NCBI GenBank assembly: GCA_027923505.1 | Contig: BROI01000002.1 | Location: 806,001 to 870,000, forward strand | DNA length: 64,000 nucleotides | DNA from: Mayamaea pseudoterrestris | Taxonomy: Eukaryota | Direction: 5' to 3' | Part shown: in pieces, positions 43,663 to 53,763 of the stretch | How the letters are laid out: every line of letters starts with the position of its first letter | How positions within the stretch are numbered: position 1 is the stretch's first letter | Translations under genes and position numbers: made by a program | The notes under the pieces: generated by a model | The model's input: only the letters and a program-made list of their open reading frames with translations | What the model was told of the DNA's origin: nothing | The model's database searches: none

Positions 43663-44667
43663 TTAGTAGTAGATGGTCCTCACTCGATGATGCGGCGAGA
43701 GCTCGCCTTCGTTTTGCATGCGCTCACCAACCTGCCAGAGGTACCAATCCGTTTCAACTGCCGTCCATACCTTGTCGGGAGCTAACGTTTGTAGCTCTTC
43801 GACAATGTATTCGACAGCAGCAACAGTGGCAGCTCGTATGGCATTCTCCTCTGGACCATCCTTAACGAGCTCTTCCTTTTGGTCAATGCGAGTCGCAAGC
43901 TCTGGTGCATAATTCATGATTTCAAAGTGACGCAGCAGCTGCGGAACTCTGTAGTCGGCAAACGTTGTCAACTGCGATAGATCCTTCAAATGGAGCTGCA
44001 GCGACGCGTTCCAGTCGCCCACGCAAATTTGCGCTCGCTTGAGGAACCAAATGTCACTGCGAAAGTCGCAAAAGCCTTCAAAGTGATCAATCAAGAGCTG
44101 GACCAGTTTGGTCGCGGAACCGTCAGCCGACTGAATGAGCGACCAGGCGGAGCCATGGAAACGCTCCAAAAGAATGTTTCCAACTTGGTTCCATAGCTGG
44201 CAACGAGTCTCGATGTCGGGAGGTGCCATGGATTGCTTGTCATGCTTCTCGAAAAGCTCCTTCATTGTCTGAGGTTTCATTTCGCTCAAACTTCTAGCAG
44301 ACAAAATGAAGGAGTCCGAAACTGACTGTGAGTTGGTTTCTTGAGCATCATGGTCTTGCGACGCCATGCCAGTGAGACTACAAGCAAGATTGGCGTACTC
44401 GTATCCAGGGAGAGGCCAGAAGCAAAAGTTAATCGCATCCAATGCCAAAATGTACAAGGCCATCCTTTCTTTTCGGACTAATTCATTAAATGAGGACGGC
44501 GCGTCGTAGTGCCACGCTTCGTCGTCCCACGTGATTTTGGATTGCTGCTCAATGCGCTTGGCCAAGGCAGGGATTGCGGTTCGATCAATCGTTACATGCT
44601 CGTCATGATTCTGGATATATTGGATGCAGGTTGTTCGAACCTTTTCGCATGGGTTAAGCTCCGTCAT
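43663..44667 (-). CDS. QNG1: Queuosine salvage protein / queuosine 5'-phosphate N-glycosylase (DUF2419)
   Basis: LDAINFCFW, FLKRAQICVGD, LTTFADYRVPQLL, DWYLWQ.GE, HHRVRTIYY. Confidence 0.92.
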   Translation of the reverse strand: MTELNPCEKVRTTCIQYIQNHDEHVTIDRTAIPALAKRIEQQSKITWDDEAWHYDAPSSFNELVRKERMALYILALDAINFCFWPLPGYEYANLACSLTGMASQDHDAQETNSQSVSDSFILSARSLSEMKPQTMKELFEKHDKQSMAPPDIETRCQLWNQVGNILLERFHGSAWSLIQSADGSATKLVQLLIDHFEGFCDFRSDIWFLKRAQICVGDWNASLQLHLKDLSQLTTFADYRVPQLLRHFEIMNYAPELATRIDQKEELVKDGPEENAIRAATVAAVEYIVEELQTLAPDKVWTAVETDWYLWQVGERMQNEGELSPHHRVRTIYY

Positions 44668-44958
44668 GTTCAAGTCTTAGAAAGAAAGTTAGTATTAAGC
44701 AAGAGAGATCTTGTGATCATTATTTATTTGCTCGAATGAATGATGGTTGATGGCAGCGATGAATGAACAATAAATGTCGGTCCGGTACTTACACTATGCG
44801 CCGACGACCAAGAAGTGATGTGTAATGGACTGTACCGTTGGTCGTATATTTTGAAGAGACTTTGTATGTATACAGGCTGACTGATCACAAAACACAGTAT
44901 TGCGTAAACATCTTACATTTTAACCTGGTGCATCACAAAAGTAAAGGCAGATTTTGGG

Positions 44959-46119
44959 CTACGCCGCCTTTTGCTTAGGTGCAAGCTTGTCACATTGCTG
45001 GTTGTCGGTTGATTTATTCCGTGCTATGACTCCACCATCATGACGAAGCATGATTGCACTATCCGGGCAAGAGTAAACGTAGCTAGAGTTGGCTTTGCCT
45101 CGTATTTCTCGGACGTAGGTGACACTGTTTGAAAACGTTGAAAGATGTGTACCTACAAAAGCACTGGCCTCAATGGCTACCCAGAAATCCAGCAAGGCTA
45201 CTGCATTGTAGCTTAAATTTTCCATAGCAGCAGTGCAACTGTTTGTCCATGACTTATGAAAACTTTGCTGATGTGGGTTGATTTGTGGCCAAACATCCTG
45301 GGGCGTTTCATTCAGAAACCTTGGCGCAACATCTCCATACAGCAAGACGACTGATTCAAAGTCTAAAGCAGACACAGACTTGGCGATTTGCGTTGGACTA
45401 TAACATGCATTCACCCCTCCAGGTCGTAAAGTTCGGTTCACACAATATGGATACCAGTCGCTCTCAATCCTCGTGTGCACTGCCATGTACCTTCTGCCTC
45501 TCAATCGATCGCCGTAGCAAGCGTCGTACACGGAATATAAAGATTTGGGCACTCCCAAGTTTCGATAGGTCCATGCGTTTAAGGGGCCGTCAGTTCGCAG
45601 ATGAGTGTTCCGTTCATAATAAACCTTTTCAATGCCAGCATTTATGATATCGTACTCGGACATGACGCAGCAGTTGAGTTTATCTCTTGCAATGCGCTTC
45701 AATTCTTCAATAGAATCATCAGAGTACATGGAGAATGCAGTGTTCAGAGACAGTCTAAGCGTACCTCCGTCATCCAAATCTGGTGGGAGAATCACGGCTG
45801 CCGAGACATTTGCCTGCCGTGCCAGTTCGCAACCTTCGTGTATCTGACCAGCAATCACCGAAGCGAAAAAGTTGTTTAGGCAGCATGATGATTGGAATTT
45901 ATATCTGTTGTGATAGTAAGCAATGCTTATGTTGTCGCAAACATCACGGCCAGCGCTGATACCGGTTGCGTAGTTTAGAATAGCATCAGCAAGAGGTGTA
46001 GCATTCATCGAAAGCAACCGATATGATCGGAGGCAGAAAACCATCGTCAATTCTGTCGCCACGACCGTCAAAACGATTTTTTTCAGTCGTGCCTTCATTT
46101 TGGTAAATCTACGAATCAT
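44959..46119 (-). CDS. O-fucosyltransferase family protein
   Basis: N-terminal TM helix, YMAVHTRIESDW and ALLDFWVAIEASAFVGTHLSTFS motifs. Confidence 0.75.
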   Translation of the reverse strand: MIRRFTKMKARLKKIVLTVVATELTMVFCLRSYRLLSMNATPLADAILNYATGISAGRDVCDNISIAYYHNRYKFQSSCCLNNFFASVIAGQIHEGCELARQANVSAAVILPPDLDDGGTLRLSLNTAFSMYSDDSIEELKRIARDKLNCCVMSEYDIINAGIEKVYYERNTHLRTDGPLNAWTYRNLGVPKSLYSVYDACYGDRLRGRRYMAVHTRIESDWYPYCVNRTLRPGGVNACYSPTQIAKSVSALDFESVVLLYGDVAPRFLNETPQDVWPQINPHQQSFHKSWTNSCTAAMENLSYNAVALLDFWVAIEASAFVGTHLSTFSNSVTYVREIRGKANSSYVYSCPDSAIMLRHDGGVIARNKSTDNQQCDKLAPKQKAA

Positions 46120-46467
46120 TCCTTATAATGTGATGCTGGAGTCTCGAATGCCGTACTCCGCAAACAACAACAATCGACTTTTTGGATGTCGAGATCGAAT
46201 CATTCGGTCCGCTATCGTAGCGGTACTAAAAGATTTTTTGGAACCGGAGCGATTTCGCTTGCTTGCGCGCGCCATCGTCTCGTTTTTCTCGTTTCGCGTC
46301 CCGCATCAGCGCGCCAAAGCATAGTGCTGTTTACATCATTACCAACGCAAATGACATTCATTGCGTATACAGTACATCACAATGGAGTCGTCTCATTTGT
46401 TTGTTGACGAATATCGCGACACGACATTGGCTGCCAGAACACTCTAATGGCGGCGCCTGGCAGTCGC

Positions 46468-46677
46468 CCTGTTGAGATCAAGGAACGAATCCGCACAGCC
46501 ACGCTCTGTCTCAATCGCAAGCTCCAAGAGCCAGGATTGGCAAACTTAGTTCTCGAAGATTACAAGGGCACTGTCATGGACGACACTGTGACAATGCGTG
46601 TTATCGAGAGACTCTTAGGTTTGACGTGGCGCAAAGTCAGCTACTCCTGTTGAGATCAAGGAATGAATCTGCACAGC
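46468..46677 (+). repeat. 32-bp direct repeat pair
   Basis: 46468-46499 and 46646-46677: cctgttgagatcaaggaaYgaatcYgcacagc, 30/32 identical. Confidence 0.8.
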
Positions 46678-47160
46678 TCGACGCTCAATGATAATCAACT
46701 TGCAAGGGCCCAAGAGGGCCATTTGCGTTCACTCTGTCAGGAACTGGTCATGTCGCTTTTTGAAATATGGTTGCAGGCTACCAAACAAAATGTACATGCA
46801 CACGTTGGGATTGCAATTCTATAAGTATCGACCTGCAGTAATTTTCTATTTCATACTGATTTAGTCTACAATTGCAGTACGGATGCAATATGATTTCTAC
46901 GGTAGCTTATTCTTGTCACTGTGGAAACGGCCAGGTTTGCATGAAACCGGGTAGCTCCTGTCGCATCACCACCAGAAGGCCACGTCGAATGATGTCATTC
47001 AATTCGTCTGGCCGTCCCTCCACTGGATTGAAACGGGTGGCTCGGAGCGCTTCGATGAGCACCACAAAAACCCGTCGAGGATCTTCCTTTGCTCTCGTCC
47101 ACTCACACACAGTTGCTTTGAAGCAAACGCATTCACTCGTTTACTACAACATCGTTCACC

Positions 47161-48804
47161 ATGGGAAAGGAAAAGGTTCACATTAGTCTCGTCGTCATTG
47201 GACACGTCGATGCCGGTGAGTGTAGATTTTGCAAGAGTAGTGCGGCGACGAGAGACGGAAGAAAGGTCACCTGTCGCGATCAATGAAGAAGCCGTTGCAG
47301 CGTGACCGATGGAATTTGAAATGATGTAGAAGGAGCTTGTACTTCATTGAGAGCGACTTTAATATTCAATATATGACTTCATTCAAGATATTGTAAAGTT
47401 TTCGTTGTCGAGGCTTTTTTGTTTCTGCCGATTGACTCGCAAAGAACAATTGTCACGCATGCGCATCATGCCTTTCATTTTTTCGATCGATGACTCTCTT
47501 TTCTAACCCAAACCTCTCATTGTTTCTTGTCAAATACAGGAAAGTCCACCACGACCGGTCACTTGATTTACAAGTGCGGAGGTATCGACAAGCGTACCAT
47601 TGAGAAGTTCGAGAAGGAGGCTGCCGAGCTCGGAAAGGGATCCTTCAAGTATGCCTGGGTCCTTGATAACCTCAAGGCTGAGCGCGAGCGTGGTATCACC
47701 ATTGACATTGCTCTCTGGAAGTTTGAGTCGCCCAAGTACTCTTTCACCGTCATTGACGCCCCGGGTCACCGCGATTTCATCAAGAACATGATTACCGGAA
47801 CCTCGCAGGCTGATGTCGCTGTCCTTGTCATTGACTCGTCTCAGGGAGGATTCGAGGCTGGTATCTCCAAGGATGGACAGACCCGTGAGCATGCGCTTCT
47901 TGCGTACACTCTTGGAGTTACCCAAATGATTGTCGCCATGAACAAGATGGACGACAAGACTGTCAAGTACGCCGAGAGCCGTTACGAGGAAATCAAGGCT
48001 GAGATGTTCAACTTCTTGAAGAAGGTTGGATACAAGCCCATGAAGATTCCTTTCATCCCCATTTCCGGATGGGAGGGAGACAACATGATTGAGAAGTCCC
48101 CCAACATGCCATGGTACAAGGGTAACACCCTTCTTGAGGCGCTTGACACTGTCACGCCGCCCAAGCGCCCTACCGAGAAGCCACTTCGTCTTCCCCTTCA
48201 GGATGTCTACAAGATTGGAGGTATCGGAACTGTGCCGGTCGGCCGTGTCGAGACTGGAGTCATCAAGCCTGGTATCCATGCATGCTTTGCCCCAAGTGGT
48301 TTGATTGCCGAAATCAAGTCGGTTGAGATGCACCACGAGTCGCTTCCGGAGGCTGTCCCAGGTGACAATGTTGGTTTCAACGTTAAGAACGTTGCCGTCA
48401 AGGATCTTCGCCGTGGTTTCGTCGCGTCCGACTCGAAGGACCACCCAGCGTCGGCTGTCAAGACTTTTGAGGCTCAGGTCATTGTCATGAACCACCCTGG
48501 ACAGATCTCTAACGGATACTCGCCAGTCCTCGATTGCCACACTGCCCATGTTGCATGCAAGTTTGCGCACATTAAGGAGAAGATGGACCGTCGTTCCGGA
48601 AAGGTCCTCGAAGCTGACCCCAAGTTTGTCAAGACGGGAGATGCCTGCATTGTCGACTTGGAGCCAACCAAGCCAATGTGCGTTGAGTCCTTCACCGAGT
48701 ACCCACCACTTGGACGATTCGCCGTCCGTGACATGCGTCAGACGGTTGCCGTCGGTGTCATTAAGGGAATCACCAAGGAGGAGAAGTCAAGCAAGAAGAA
48801 GTGA
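47161..48804 (+). CDS. EF1A: Translation elongation factor 1-alpha (canonical, not EFL), 2 exons
   Basis: Exon 1 47161-47215 ([18 protein letters not shown]), 324-bp intron 47216-47539, exon 2 [17 protein letters not shown]...[18 protein letters not shown]. Confidence 0.98.
47273..47357 (+). other. Inverted repeat / predicted hairpin in EF1A intron
   Basis: GTCGC-GA-TCAATGAAG (47273-47288) pairs with CTTCATTGA-GA-GCGAC (47342-47357). Confidence 0.6.
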
Positions 48805-49250
48805 ATTATGATGAGCGTTTCGGGCGATTGGAAAACGTCATTTCATATGGATGCCTTTTGGATGGATGTAGTTCGTAAACATGCAAGAAGAATACGTATC
48901 TAAACTTAGTAGCTTGGACTTGTAAAGAATATTACTCTACATATCTACGATAGTCGTGGTGTTCGTACGAATTCCACCCGTTTTTACGTTGACAAGTGAT
49001 TTCTAATGTGGGCAAAACTCATTTACGGTTCCGTTACTTCTACATATTCTTCTTCAAGTGCAGAGAGTCAACGAGGCACTTGCAGCAGCCTTGTGTGCGA
49101 ACAAAATGTGTATTCATCGTTATCGCCAGGGAGAAACATGAGGCAACCCTGCATGACCGAGTAAACACACGCACACGAGCGATAGCAGAGCTACTGTAAC
49201 TATTGTAAACTTTGCTTCCAAAACTTGACATATACATGTTTATATTGGCT

Positions 49251-50526
49251 TTAGGTTATAGTATGGCGGCGCAGGCGGCGGTAGGGCGAGTCTTCCGTTG
49301 GCGAAAAGCCAGCATCGGGGTCGTCGACATCAAACATGTCCTTGTCTTCATCCTCGTCGTCCTCTTCGTCATCGTCACCCTCGACAATTGGTTTTACTCC
49401 AATGCCCTGCTTCTCGGCAAGCAGCCTAGCAAGATGTTCCTGTTCCGAGCGCTTTACAAAGCGACCCTTGACGCGTAGCCGGCGGTCAGCAAGACTCTTG
49501 CGGCATCCGTAGCGGATCTTTTTGTTCCATACGCGACGGGAACGCTTTCGCTGGAATCGAGCAATGATTGCGGCGCGTTCAGCAGCAGTATAGATTCCAA
49601 TCCGACCATTCATGTTGTATATCTGTAAGTGATGCAAAGAAACGAGTGAGGGTGACGTCGAAATAAGGTCAAGACAGAGCCCGCGCTCTCGTCTGACTTA
49701 CATCCTGATACTTCTCCAACGTATGCGGGAACGTAAGCTCACCCTTTTCGCCATTCAAATTGTACGACAAGTCTTCCAAAAGACGAGATCGCGCGCGGCG
49801 CAGTAGCTCATCCGGGGTCAAACTAGCTTCGTCAACCTCGTCTTCCTCCTGCGGCTCGCTCGTCGACCCTGCTCGACCCTTGCCGTCGCGATGTCCATTG
49901 GAACGCTTCGAGTGACCACTCGTTTTGCCATCCAATGGTCGCTGATGCGCACTTTGCTTCTTCATAGCTTCGCTCACTTCTGCCAGTTCCTCCTCCAAAA
50001 TTGACGCTGGCAAGACGAAATGACGACGACCCGAAAGTCTAGTCTCGCGCGGATCCCATTTATCCATGCCTTCTGGATTTGATGCGCTGCGGCGTCTACG
50101 CCGCAGAGGCGGAGGAGGCATGACGTTGGAATCGTTCGAATCTTCCGACGACGAATGATCGTTCCTGTCGTCGTTACTGGGAACCATGAAATGAACTTGA
50201 CGCTCGTGCACTGCTCCCACCGATCCGTTGGACTCCTTGGATTGCTCCAACGACGCAAGATCGGCGAGAGCATCCAAGCCCGCCGAGTCGGACCGAGGAC
50301 GTCGGTGAATGACCGAATTCGTTTCCTGTGATGAAGCGGCAACATTTGCGCCATTACTTCCATGTCGTTCGACGGAGGAACGTTCCCGCGTCATGAATGA
50401 TTCGTCATCCGACGGCGTTACACCTAGGAGAGCATGCGCTGCGGCATCCATTTCCAAGCTTGGTTCCATTTCAGACGTGTATATTGAGTTATGACTTCCC
50501 CTTATCGCGACCTCGAGGCTTGCCAT
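49251..50526 (-). CDS. CCT-domain (CONSTANS/TOC1-type) protein, 2 exons
   Basis: Intron 49701-49623 joins ...LEKYQD to IYNMNGRIGIYTAAERAAIIARFQRKRSRRVWNKKIRYGCRKSLADRRLRVKGRFVK. Start uncertain. Confidence 0.88.
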
Positions 50527-51116
50527 GCCAGGATCCGTGGCAAATTCTGATGTCGTCGTCGAGTGAGGTGCAGATGTCGTCGAGTGGCGCAACGACGAGC
50601 AGCCTTGCAATGGAGCCAAATATCAACAATCAAAATGCAGCAAGCAAGCGAATTCAAAAGAGGCGCAAGGATAGCCACAGGAACTCTATTTTGTAGTTGA
50701 TGGATGAGGGATGATGTTCGAGTGCGTGTCAGAACGCAAACAAGGGCGAGGCTGATTGATGGCAAAAACGAGAGGATGCCGAATGCCGATGGAACAAGGA
50801 AAACGTGCGGCTCGTAAGCAACGAACGGGTGACGTCGTGTGACGCGCGTGCATGCCATTCGCTGATCACGATCCAAGACTAAAAAAGCTCAACCGGGACT
50901 CGATGTCATTCACGAAGAATCTGTTCATTGAAACACCTTTGATTACTCTCAGGAGCCGAAAGGGGTGATTTTTAGAATTAAGTGTGAAATATCTCTCGCC
51001 TGGAATGATCTGTATCACAGATGAAGGAGTAGCAGCAATGGATTTAATGGGGAGAAACTTACGGTAACATTCACGTCAACTTGTGGTGCATCCGTCGGCT
51101 CGGCTGGCGCTGACCA

Positions 51117-52439
51117 ATGTCCATTGACACCTCCACGCCCTTTTCAAATCGATCCGACCGAACACAAACAAGCGATTCGACAATGGCGAATCAGTCACCC
51201 AACCTGCACAAGGGACATCCCATTGAATTGACCGGCGATTACTTCAAATATGTTGAAAATCACGGAGGAGCAAATCATTCGCAGTCTAGCGTTTCCGTGG
51301 CGTCGAACGACTCGTCTATGGACGGTGTCTACGTGTATCAATCCGATCAATCGTTCAAGTCCACGCCCTGTCGATTCGTCAAAGGACACGTCTTTAAAAG
51401 GACCGTATTGGCTGTGATAATAATTAATACGATACTTCTCGGGGCCCGAACATACTTCGTGCCAAACTATACGAATTATACGAGCAGTAATGACGACGAC
51501 TCGATGCAAGACGATGCTACCAACGTCTCTGAAAGCTACAGCGTAATCTACAATTGCATGACGATGCTTTGCTATTTATTCCTCGGCTTCTTCACGGTAG
51601 AAGTTGCTTTGAAAATTATACACTACCAGCAGCATGTACTGCGAATGGGATGGACCCTTGTCGACGTGTTCGTCGTCGTCGCCGCCTGGTGCATTGGCCC
51701 ATCGCTCACAGTCTTTCGATTGACGCGGCTCAAGGGTGTATTCAAGCGCATTTCCTATACGCAGGTTCTCATCAAGAGCTTGGTACGAGTCCTGCCGCAA
51801 ACGGGAGGCATTTTACTCATTTTGGCGAGCGTCTTTTATGCATTTGCCGTCATATTGACAAGCTTTTGTCCAATCTACTTTACGAGCCTTGGTCAAACCA
51901 TGTGGTTTCTGTTGAATCTATTCTTTCTGCATCAATGGGACGAATTATCAACAGACGTTTCAAATCAGTATCCTCATGCCTGGATTCTGCTTTTGATTTT
52001 TACAATTGTAACGACTGGATTGCTTTCGTCTCTGGTGATTGCCGTCATGACGAATGCAGTCGCGCAAACGCATCGAGAGCAACTCGACAAGTCGCTGGAC
52101 TCAAACGGCATCTGCACCAAGAAGCGACGAGTGAATAGTCCGGTAAGAGTGAATCCCGCGCCAATGGAAATGATGGTGCTGTTGTCACCGCCGTCAGTTG
52201 CTCCTGCGAGCAGTGTCATGAAATCTAGTGATACCGCCATGATACTGCAATACTGCCAACGACTTGAAGCCAAGATAGACGAGCTGGTACAGGCAACGGA
52301 GCAGCGAGAGGCTCAATTGCCGTCAGCAGCGACGGCTAAAACAATGGATTCGGCGGAGCAAGCAGCTGAACGTCAGCAGTCGACGGCCCTGATGAACGCC
52401 GCGAGAGCGAAACGAGACGCATCTCGCTCTAATGACTAG
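51117..52439 (+). CDS. Single-domain voltage-gated cation channel (BacNav/EukCatA-like), divergent
   Basis: Six-TM Ion_trans layout: VIIINTILLG (S1), FTVEVALKI (S2), GWTLVDVFVV (S3), VFRLTRLK (S4), YFTSLGQTMWFLLNLFFLHQW (pore), LVIAVMTNAV (S6), C-terminal coiled coil. Confidence 0.8.
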   Translation: MSIDTSTPFSNRSDRTQTSDSTMANQSPNLHKGHPIELTGDYFKYVENHGGANHSQSSVSVASNDSSMDGVYVYQSDQSFKSTPCRFVKGHVFKRTVLAVIIINTILLGARTYFVPNYTNYTSSNDDDSMQDDATNVSESYSVIYNCMTMLCYLFLGFFTVEVALKIIHYQQHVLRMGWTLVDVFVVVAAWCIGPSLTVFRLTRLKGVFKRISYTQVLIKSLVRVLPQTGGILLILASVFYAFAVILTSFCPIYFTSLGQTMWFLLNLFFLHQWDELSTDVSNQYPHAWILLLIFTIVTTGLLSSLVIAVMTNAVAQTHREQLDKSLDSNGICTKKRRVNSPVRVNPAPMEMMVLLSPPSVAPASSVMKSSDTAMILQYCQRLEAKIDELVQATEQREAQLPSAATAKTMDSAEQAAERQQSTALMNAARAKRDASRSND

Positions 52440-52516
52440 AACAATATATTACCTGTGTACAAAATAATTACGCATATATATCGTTTGATATACGTTTATA
52501 CATGCACTAATAACTT

Positions 52517-53320
52517 CTACAAACTCGCCATTGGTATTTGCATCGCACCAACCGTTCCTCCATCCACTGGCAAGACAACTCCCGTACACCACGATCCCGC
52601 CTTGCTGCAAAAGTAAATGCAAGCCCCCGCCATGTCACTTTCATTTCCAAGTCGCTGCAGCGGAACGTTGGCCGCCAGTTTCGCCTCCGTTCCACCCCAG
52701 CTCGCCAACCCGGAGCTCATGCGCGACGGCACAAAACCAGGCGCCACGCAGTTCACCGTGATGTACTTGCCGGCCAGGTCGGAAGCAAACTTGCGCGTCA
52801 AGTGATGCACCGCCGCCTTGCTCACGTCGTAGGCGTGGGTGGGAGCCTCCTGCGGCAAGAATCCAGCCACACTGCCAATGTTGACAATCCGCGCCGGATC
52901 CTCCAAGCTGGCGTGCTGCTCCAGCAGCGGAATGCAGGCGCGCGTCAAGTAAAACATTCCCTTGACGTTCAAGTCCATGACCTTGTCCCAGCCCCAGTTT
53001 GTTTTCGAGTCTCGCTCCAAAGGCTCACCCCAAGATGTTCCTGCGTTATTGATTAAACAATCTAATCGATTTGAAAAGAAGCTGCGCACATGAGCTACCA
53101 ATTCATCGCATCCTTCTCGACTACTAACGTTCGTCGCTACATATTGACATTGAATCGTTTCCGCCGCGCGGCGGCACGCTTCGTCGTCCCGACTGGTGAT
53201 CAAAACATTGGCGCCGGAAGCAGCCATGTGTTTGGCAATCATGTAGCCAATGCCGCGACTGCCACCTGTCACTAGCACGTTCTTGCCGGCAATGGAGAAT
53301 AGTGATGATGGAGATGTCAT
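52517..53320 (-). CDS. Classical short-chain dehydrogenase/reductase
   Basis: VTGGSRGIG, INNAG, NIGS, YDVSK (YxxxK), VNCVAPG, PLQRLG, VDGG. Ends ASL (possible weak PTS1). Confidence 0.92.
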   Translation of the reverse strand: MTSPSSLFSIAGKNVLVTGGSRGIGYMIAKHMAASGANVLITSRDDEACRRAAETIQCQYVATNVSSREGCDELVAHVRSFFSNRLDCLINNAGTSWGEPLERDSKTNWGWDKVMDLNVKGMFYLTRACIPLLEQHASLEDPARIVNIGSVAGFLPQEAPTHAYDVSKAAVHHLTRKFASDLAGKYITVNCVAPGFVPSRMSSGLASWGGTEAKLAANVPLQRLGNESDMAGACIYFCSKAGSWCTGVVLPVDGGTVGAMQIPMASL

Positions 53321-53590
53321 GGCTAGTAAATCAAATCGATCAAGGGAAAGATTCTTTGGTGCGGATGAAATGGCCGAAGGAAGATGCGAAACGAAACAAT
53401 GTGTGCGACCACCGGTGCGACACGCAGAGCCGAGGTGCGCGATGCGTGCGCGACGACGACCAGCATCGGCTTCACCATGACAGCAGCGCAAAGCAGGCAG
53501 TGAGATTGACGAGCTGTTTCGCTGTTTCTGATTGTTACGTGATCATAAGTCTTAGATATTGAAATATGGATGCGGTACGTCTAGATGATT

Positions 53591-53635
53591 GCCGAATGCA
53601 GAGCCGAATGCAGAGCCGAATGCGGAGCCGAATGC
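53591..53635 (+). repeat. 12-bp tandem repeat (GCCGAATGCAGA) x about 3.75
   Basis: gccgaatgcaga gccgaatgcaga gccgaatgcgga gccgaatgc. Confidence 0.9.
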
Positions 53636-53763
53636 TCAGCGCGCAGGAGCAGCAGCAAAGAGTCATGCTACTATACACAAAGCATGATACTTGCAATACG
53701 ATCTTATACCTCATATTACTATCTCGCTATCAGAACAAGCATGCCTTGGAGTTTCAACGACTC

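Noticed and set aside
47530..48570. 346-aa antisense ORF over EF1A (also 28191..28781 and 36418..36975)
   Set aside because: Shadow ORFs expected from strong codon bias on the sense strand; no protein-like features.
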